Origin: Bacteroidales bacterium
GTDB lineage: Bacteria; Bacteroidota; Bacteroidia; Bacteroidales; B18-G4
Reading direction: 5' to 3'
Assembly: GCA_018400295.1 (NCBI GenBank)
Contig: JAGYMZ010000001.1
Span: 2,672 to 66,671, forward strand
DNA length: 64,000 nucleotides
Made by a program: the position numbers and the translations under genes. Below, in pieces: positions 59,333 through 64,000 of this stretch (positions within the stretch are counted from its first letter, which is position 1; every line of letters begins with the position of its first letter). The notes beneath the pieces were generated by a model. That model was given only the letters and a program-made list of their open reading frames with translations, was not told the origin of the DNA and ran no database searches.

Positions 59333-61129
59333 ATGAGAAACACTGTCCAAAAAATAGTACAAAAAGCCGGAAATGATCGAGGCAGACTCATGGACATTTT
59401 GCTGGAGATTCAGGCGGAGCTGGGATATGTTTCCGGTGAAGTCACCGATCAATTGGCTGAAGAATTGGGCATTTCAAGAGTAGATGTAGAACAAACCCTT
59501 TCGTTTTACCATTTTTTCAGACAGGAACCCAGGGGTGAATACACGGTATATCTTAACAATAGTCTGGTTGCAAACATGATGGGCCGGGTTGAAGTTGCTG
59601 CTGCCTTTGAAAAGGAAGCAGGGTGTAAATTCGGATCCGTGACAGAAGATGGCAGGATCGGTTTGTTTGAAACTGCCGACATTGGGATGAACGATCAGGA
59701 GCCTGCCGCGCTCATTAACGGGAAGGTGTTTACCAACCTGACTCCCCTGGTTGTCCGGGAACTTGTGTCGGGTATGCGTAATGGGAAAAAGGTTGAGGAT
59801 ATGATAAGGAATTATGGCGACGGAAAGAACGGTTCTGATCTGGTCCGTGCCATGGTTCACAATAACATTAAGCAAAAAGGAAGTGTTTTGTTTTCTGCAT
59901 ATTCTCCCGGAGAAGGATTGACGAAGGCTTTGCAAATGTCTCCGGAAAAAGTGATCAGTGAGGTCAAAGATTCTTATTTAAGAGGTCGCGGGGGTGCCGG
60001 ATTTCCTACTGGTTTGAAGTGGGAGTTTTGCCGCAGGGCAAATAAGGAAGTATCGTATGTGTTTTGCAATGCGGATGAAGGAGAACCCGGAACATTCAAG
60101 GAAAGGGTTTTGCTGACTGAATATCCGCATCTTATTTTTGAGGGCATGGCCATTTCCGGATATGCCATTGGTGCAAAACATGGGGTGTTGTATCTCCGGA
60201 ATGAATATGATTACCTGAAAGCTTACCTGGAAAGTGTGCTTGAGGAAATGCATGAAAAGAAATTGCTGGGTGACCGTATCCTTGATACGGAAGAATTTGG
60301 TTTTGATATCCGGATCCAGATGGGTGCCGGTGCTTATGTATGTGGGGAGGAATCTGCCCTGCTCGAATCTTCTGAAGGGAAGCGGGGCGAGCCGAGAAAC
60401 CGTCCTCCGTTTCCTGTTGAAAAAGGATATATGGATCACCCCACCATCATAAACAATGCAGAAACGCTCTGCAATGTTGTAAAAATACTCAAGAACGGTT
60501 CAGAGTGGTACACCATGCTCGGATCACAGGAAAGTGCCGGTACAAAACTGATCAGTGTATCCGGTGATTGCAAATACCCGGGAGTTTATGAAGTTGAATG
60601 GGGCATTCGTGTGAAAGACATCCTGGACCTGGCTGGTGCTTCAAATATACAGGCCGTACAGGTTGGTGGGCCCTCTGCCGAATGTATAGGTCCTGCAGAT
60701 TTTAACCGGACGATTAGTTTTGAGGATCTGCCCACCGGAGGTTCCTTCATTATTATTGGCAATAAAAGGGATCTGATCGGTGATGTAGTTACAAACTTCC
60801 TGGATTTTTTCATTGAGGAATCCTGTGGTTCATGTACTGTATGCCGGACCATGCCCACGATATTAAAAAACAAGATCGCAAAGATCTTAACCGGCCATGG
60901 CGTGCAGCAGGATCTTGAAGATCTTCAGGACTGGGGATCTAAAATGAAAATGGCCAACCGTTGTGGTTTGGGACAAACCGCTGCCAACCCGGTACTTAGC
61001 ACACTGAAGAATTTCAGGGAAAAATATGAAGGCCTGATCAGAAAGGATGTTGATTTTGATTCAGGCTTTGACCTGGCAAGTGCTGTGGTCGATTCCTGCG
61101 AACATGTTGGCCGAACCCCCAATCTTTAA
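59333..61129 (+). CDS. hoxF: NAD-reducing hydrogenase diaphorase large subunit (NuoE-like + NuoF)
   Basis: LRGRGGAGFPTG.KW, CNADEGEPGTFK, GAGAYVCGEESAL, ESCGSCTVCR, CGLGQ. Confidence 0.93.
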   Translation: MRNTVQKIVQKAGNDRGRLMDILLEIQAELGYVSGEVTDQLAEELGISRVDVEQTLSFYHFFRQEPRGEYTVYLNNSLVANMMGRVEVAAAFEKEAGCKFGSVTEDGRIGLFETADIGMNDQEPAALINGKVFTNLTPLVVRELVSGMRNGKKVEDMIRNYGDGKNGSDLVRAMVHNNIKQKGSVLFSAYSPGEGLTKALQMSPEKVISEVKDSYLRGRGGAGFPTGLKWEFCRRANKEVSYVFCNADEGEPGTFKERVLLTEYPHLIFEGMAISGYAIGAKHGVLYLRNEYDYLKAYLESVLEEMHEKKLLGDRILDTEEFGFDIRIQMGAGAYVCGEESALLESSEGKRGEPRNRPPFPVEKGYMDHPTIINNAETLCNVVKILKNGSEWYTMLGSQESAGTKLISVSGDCKYPGVYEVEWGIRVKDILDLAGASNIQAVQVGGPSAECIGPADFNRTISFEDLPTGGSFIIIGNKRDLIGDVVTNFLDFFIEESCGSCTVCRTMPTILKNKIAKILTGHGVQQDLEDLQDWGSKMKMANRCGLGQTAANPVLSTLKNFREKYEGLIRKDVDFDSGFDLASAVVDSCEHVGRTPNL

Positions 61130-61160
61130 AAATGATTAACACGAAAATAAAACCATACGT

Positions 61161-61865
61161 ATGAGCGAAAAAATAAAATTCACCATTGACGGAAAAGAGT
61201 GTTATGCCGAGCCCGGGCAAACTATTCTGGAAGCAGCCCTGGACAATGGAGTATATATCCCATCGCTGTGTTATCTGAAGGATGTTATCCCTGCCGGATC
61301 CTGCAGGATTTGTAATGTCAAAGTGGCCGGCAGGTTTATGACCGCATGCACAACTCCTGTGGCAATGGGAATGGAAGTGGAAAATGACATTCCCGAATTG
61401 AATGAATTAAGGGTTTCCATCATAGAAATGCTTTTCGTTTCCGGAAATCATTTTTGTCCTGCATGCGAAAAGAGCGGCAATTGCGAACTGCAAGCCCTGG
61501 CCTATAAGTATACCATGATGGTACCCCGTTATCCTTATCTTTTTCCTGAAAAGAAACCGGACTCGGGCAATAAGAAGTTGTTTATTGATCGCAACCGGTG
61601 TATCCTATGCAAACGCTGCATCCGCGCAGTGAAAGATGAACAGGGAAGAAGTTTGTTTGCATTTAAGAATAGGGGCAATGAACTTGCCATCAGCCTGGAT
61701 CATGAGTTGGCTGAAAACATCAGTGATGAACTGGCTGAAGAAGCAATGGAGATTTGTCCTGTAGGGTCCATCCTGAAAAAGGAAAAGGGATTTCAACAAC
61801 CCATTGGTCACCGGAAGTTTGACAAGCAAGCCATTGGATCCGATATTAAAAGTGTAATAAAGTAA
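61161..61865 (+). CDS. hoxU: NAD-reducing hydrogenase diaphorase small subunit
   Basis: SLC..GSCRIC..AC, HFCPACEKSGNCELQ, CILCKRC, CPVG. Confidence 0.93.
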   Translation: MSEKIKFTIDGKECYAEPGQTILEAALDNGVYIPSLCYLKDVIPAGSCRICNVKVAGRFMTACTTPVAMGMEVENDIPELNELRVSIIEMLFVSGNHFCPACEKSGNCELQALAYKYTMMVPRYPYLFPEKKPDSGNKKLFIDRNRCILCKRCIRAVKDEQGRSLFAFKNRGNELAISLDHELAENISDELAEEAMEICPVGSILKKEKGFQQPIGHRKFDKQAIGSDIKSVIK

Positions 61866-61888
61866 AAATTTAATGGAGGTTATAAATA

Positions 61889-62437
61889 ATGAGTAAACCT
61901 GTAGTAGCAACAACATCATTGGCCGGCTGTTTTGGTTGCCATATGTCCTTACTGGATATAGATGAGCGCATCCTTGACCTGATTGAGCTGGTTGAATTTA
62001 ACAAATCTCCCATTGATGATATTAAAGTGTTTACCAAGCAATGCGATATCGGATTGATTGAAGGAGGGTGTTGCAATAGTGAAAATGTTGAGGTTCTGCG
62101 AGCGTTCCGGAAACAATGCAAAATATTGGTTTCCCTGGGTGAATGTGCCATCATGGGTGGTTTGCCGGCATTGAGGAACGGCATCCCCATCAAGGAATGT
62201 ATTGATGAGGCATACCTGAATGGTCCGACGGTGTCTGAAAATACGGAAAAGATACTTCCCAATGATGACGAGCTCCCCATGTTATTAGACAAGGTGTATC
62301 CTTGCCACGAGGTGGTGAAGATCGATTATTACCTGCCAGGCTGCCCTCCCAGGGCGGACCTGATTTGGAATGCACTAATAGCCCTGGTCACCGGTGATGA
62401 AATGGAATTGCCTTATGAAGTAGTAAAATTTGACTAA
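61889..62437 (+). CDS. hoxY: [NiFe]-hydrogenase small subunit
   Basis: AGCFGCH, EGG, GECA..GG, PGCPP; single-cluster size. Confidence 0.93.
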   Translation: MSKPVVATTSLAGCFGCHMSLLDIDERILDLIELVEFNKSPIDDIKVFTKQCDIGLIEGGCCNSENVEVLRAFRKQCKILVSLGECAIMGGLPALRNGIPIKECIDEAYLNGPTVSENTEKILPNDDELPMLLDKVYPCHEVVKIDYYLPGCPPRADLIWNALIALVTGDEMELPYEVVKFD

Positions 62438-62452
62438 TAAAAAGCGCTTAAC

Positions 62453-63904
62453 ATGAATAAAAAAATAACCATAGAACCTGTAACGCGTGTTGAAGGCCAC
62501 GGTAAGGTTACTATTCATCTTGACGATCAAAATAATGTAGACCAAACCCGTTTACACATTGTCGAATTCAGGGGATTTGAACGTTTTGTCCAGGGGCGTC
62601 CTTATTGGGAAGCACCTGTACTGGTTCAGCGCCTATGTGGTATTTGCCCGGTCAGCCATCACCTGGCCGCAGCCAAAGCCCTCGATGTTATTGTTGGGGC
62701 AGGGACCGGCGACGGACTTACCCCGACGGGTGAAAAAATGCGGAGGTTGATGCATTACGGACAAATGTTCCAGTCGCACGCTCTTCATTTTTTCCATCTG
62801 GTATCACCCGATCTGCTCTTTGGTATTGATGCCGATCCGGCCATCCGGAATGTCATTGGTGTGGCCATGAAACACAAGGATCTTGCCGTGCAGGGTGTTA
62901 TGATGCGCAAGTATGGGCAGGAAGTGATCAGGGCTACAGCCGGGAAAAAGATCCACGGTACCGGTGCAATACCCGGCGGGATCAATAAGCACCTTACGCC
63001 GGACGATAAAGAATTTTTTATCAATGGTCCGGATCCGATGAACATCGATAAAATGATCGATTGGTCACAAGGCGCCCTTGATTTTCTTAAGGATTATTAC
63101 AAAAAGAATACAGATTTTATCGATAATTTCGCACAGTTTCCCTCCAATCACCTTAGCCTTGTTAGAAAAGACGGTGCCCTTGACCTTTATCACGGGGTCA
63201 TTCGTGCTGTAGATGCAGAAGGGAATAGGATCCTGGATGATGTGGATTATCAGGATTATGAGAATCATATTGAAGAAGAAGTCCGCTCCTGGAGTTACAT
63301 GAAATTCCCCTACATCAAGAAATTGGGTAAGGAGAAAGGCTGGTACAGGGTTGGACCGTTGGCACGCCTTAATACTTGTGATTTCATTCCTTCCCCTCTT
63401 GCCCAGAAAGAGTTTGAAGCATATAAGTCGCTGACCAATGGCAAGCCCAATAATATGTGTATGCATTATCATTATGCACGCCTGATTGAGACATTGCACG
63501 CTGCTGAAATGATGAAGGAATTGCTGAACGATCCTGATCTCATGGAAGGTGAGCTGACGACCAAAGGGAGCAGGCAAAACAGAGGGGTTGGCTTGCTGGA
63601 GGCTCCACGTGGGACACTTTTCCATCATTATGAGGTTAACGACAGTGACGAGATCGTCAAGGCGAACCTGATCGTGTCTACAACCAACAATAATGAGCCG
63701 ATGAACCAGTCTGTGAACCGCGTTGCCCATAGCTGGATGGACGGGAAAACGGAGATCACCGAGCCTATGATGAATGCCGTAGAAGTGGCGATCAGGGCAT
63801 ATGACCCTTGTCTGAGCTGTGCTACACATGCATTGGGGAAAATGCCCCTGGAAGTGAAGCTGTACGATGCGCATAAAACGTTAATTGACAGGAAAAGAAC
63901 CTGA
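62453..63904 (+). CDS. hoxH: group 3d [NiFe]-hydrogenase large subunit
   Basis: RVEGHGK, L1 RLCGICPVSH, EAPRGTLFH, L2 DPCLSCATH plus cleavable C-terminal tail. Confidence 0.95.
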   Translation: MNKKITIEPVTRVEGHGKVTIHLDDQNNVDQTRLHIVEFRGFERFVQGRPYWEAPVLVQRLCGICPVSHHLAAAKALDVIVGAGTGDGLTPTGEKMRRLMHYGQMFQSHALHFFHLVSPDLLFGIDADPAIRNVIGVAMKHKDLAVQGVMMRKYGQEVIRATAGKKIHGTGAIPGGINKHLTPDDKEFFINGPDPMNIDKMIDWSQGALDFLKDYYKKNTDFIDNFAQFPSNHLSLVRKDGALDLYHGVIRAVDAEGNRILDDVDYQDYENHIEEEVRSWSYMKFPYIKKLGKEKGWYRVGPLARLNTCDFIPSPLAQKEFEAYKSLTNGKPNNMCMHYHYARLIETLHAAEMMKELLNDPDLMEGELTTKGSRQNRGVGLLEAPRGTLFHHYEVNDSDEIVKANLIVSTTNNNEPMNQSVNRVAHSWMDGKTEITEPMMNAVEVAIRAYDPCLSCATHALGKMPLEVKLYDAHKTLIDRKRT

Positions 63905-63908
63905 GCTG

Positions 63909-64000
63909 GTGAAGGTACTGCTTTATGGTTATGGAAACCCGGGAAGGCAGGACGATGGACTTGGGATTGCATTTGTAGAAAGAATGAAAGCCTGGGTTGT
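63909..64000 (+). CDS. hoxW: hydrogenase maturation endopeptidase (5' part, truncated by window edge)
   Basis: Manual translation from GTG: VKVLLYGYGNPGRQDDGLG, the HybD/HoxW N-terminal motif. Confidence 0.85.
   Translation, partial: MKVLLYGYGNPGRQDDGLGIAFVERMKAWV

Overview
Core-genome window of an anaerobic Bacteroidota bacterium (Bacteroidales-like). The assignment rests on TAnnTTTG promoter elements, a T9SS type-B cargo protein, the DUF1573-yajC-YbbR-coaE block and the Bacteroidota-type rpoD. About 57 CDSs are present. Housekeeping genes include dapF (partial), degP, rpoD, gap, pyrG, yidC, coaE, clpB, ychF, rpsA, rnz, cca, miaA and mtaB. At the right end is a complete group 3d NAD-reducing [NiFe]-hydrogenase locus (hoxFUYH, partial hoxW, hypFCDE, hypAB) next to rex, with Rex-type operators visible at the rex, hoxF and DUF5916 promoters. 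I found no tRNA, rRNA, CRISPR array or mobile element. The best candidate for an undescribed system is a three-gene operon at 26736-30372: a homoisocitrate-dehydrogenase-like enzyme with an NADP-type fingerprint, an HD-fold protein whose HD motif reads AD, and a fused LeuC-LeuD/homoaconitase-like protein whose catalytic Asp-His reads Asp-Cys; no condensing synthase lies nearby. Other oddities are a stand-alone LOTUS/OST-HTH gene with a long leader carrying tandem perfect palindromes, a 901-aa S1 with about 300 aa of charged extensions, a YchF with altered G motifs, a (T3-5ATC)n repeat ending 4 nt before a UDG start codon, an EthD-like/3-beta-HSD divergon, and a Cys-rich protein inserted on the opposite strand within the hyp cluster. 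All functional calls come from motif recognition by eye; no searches were run.
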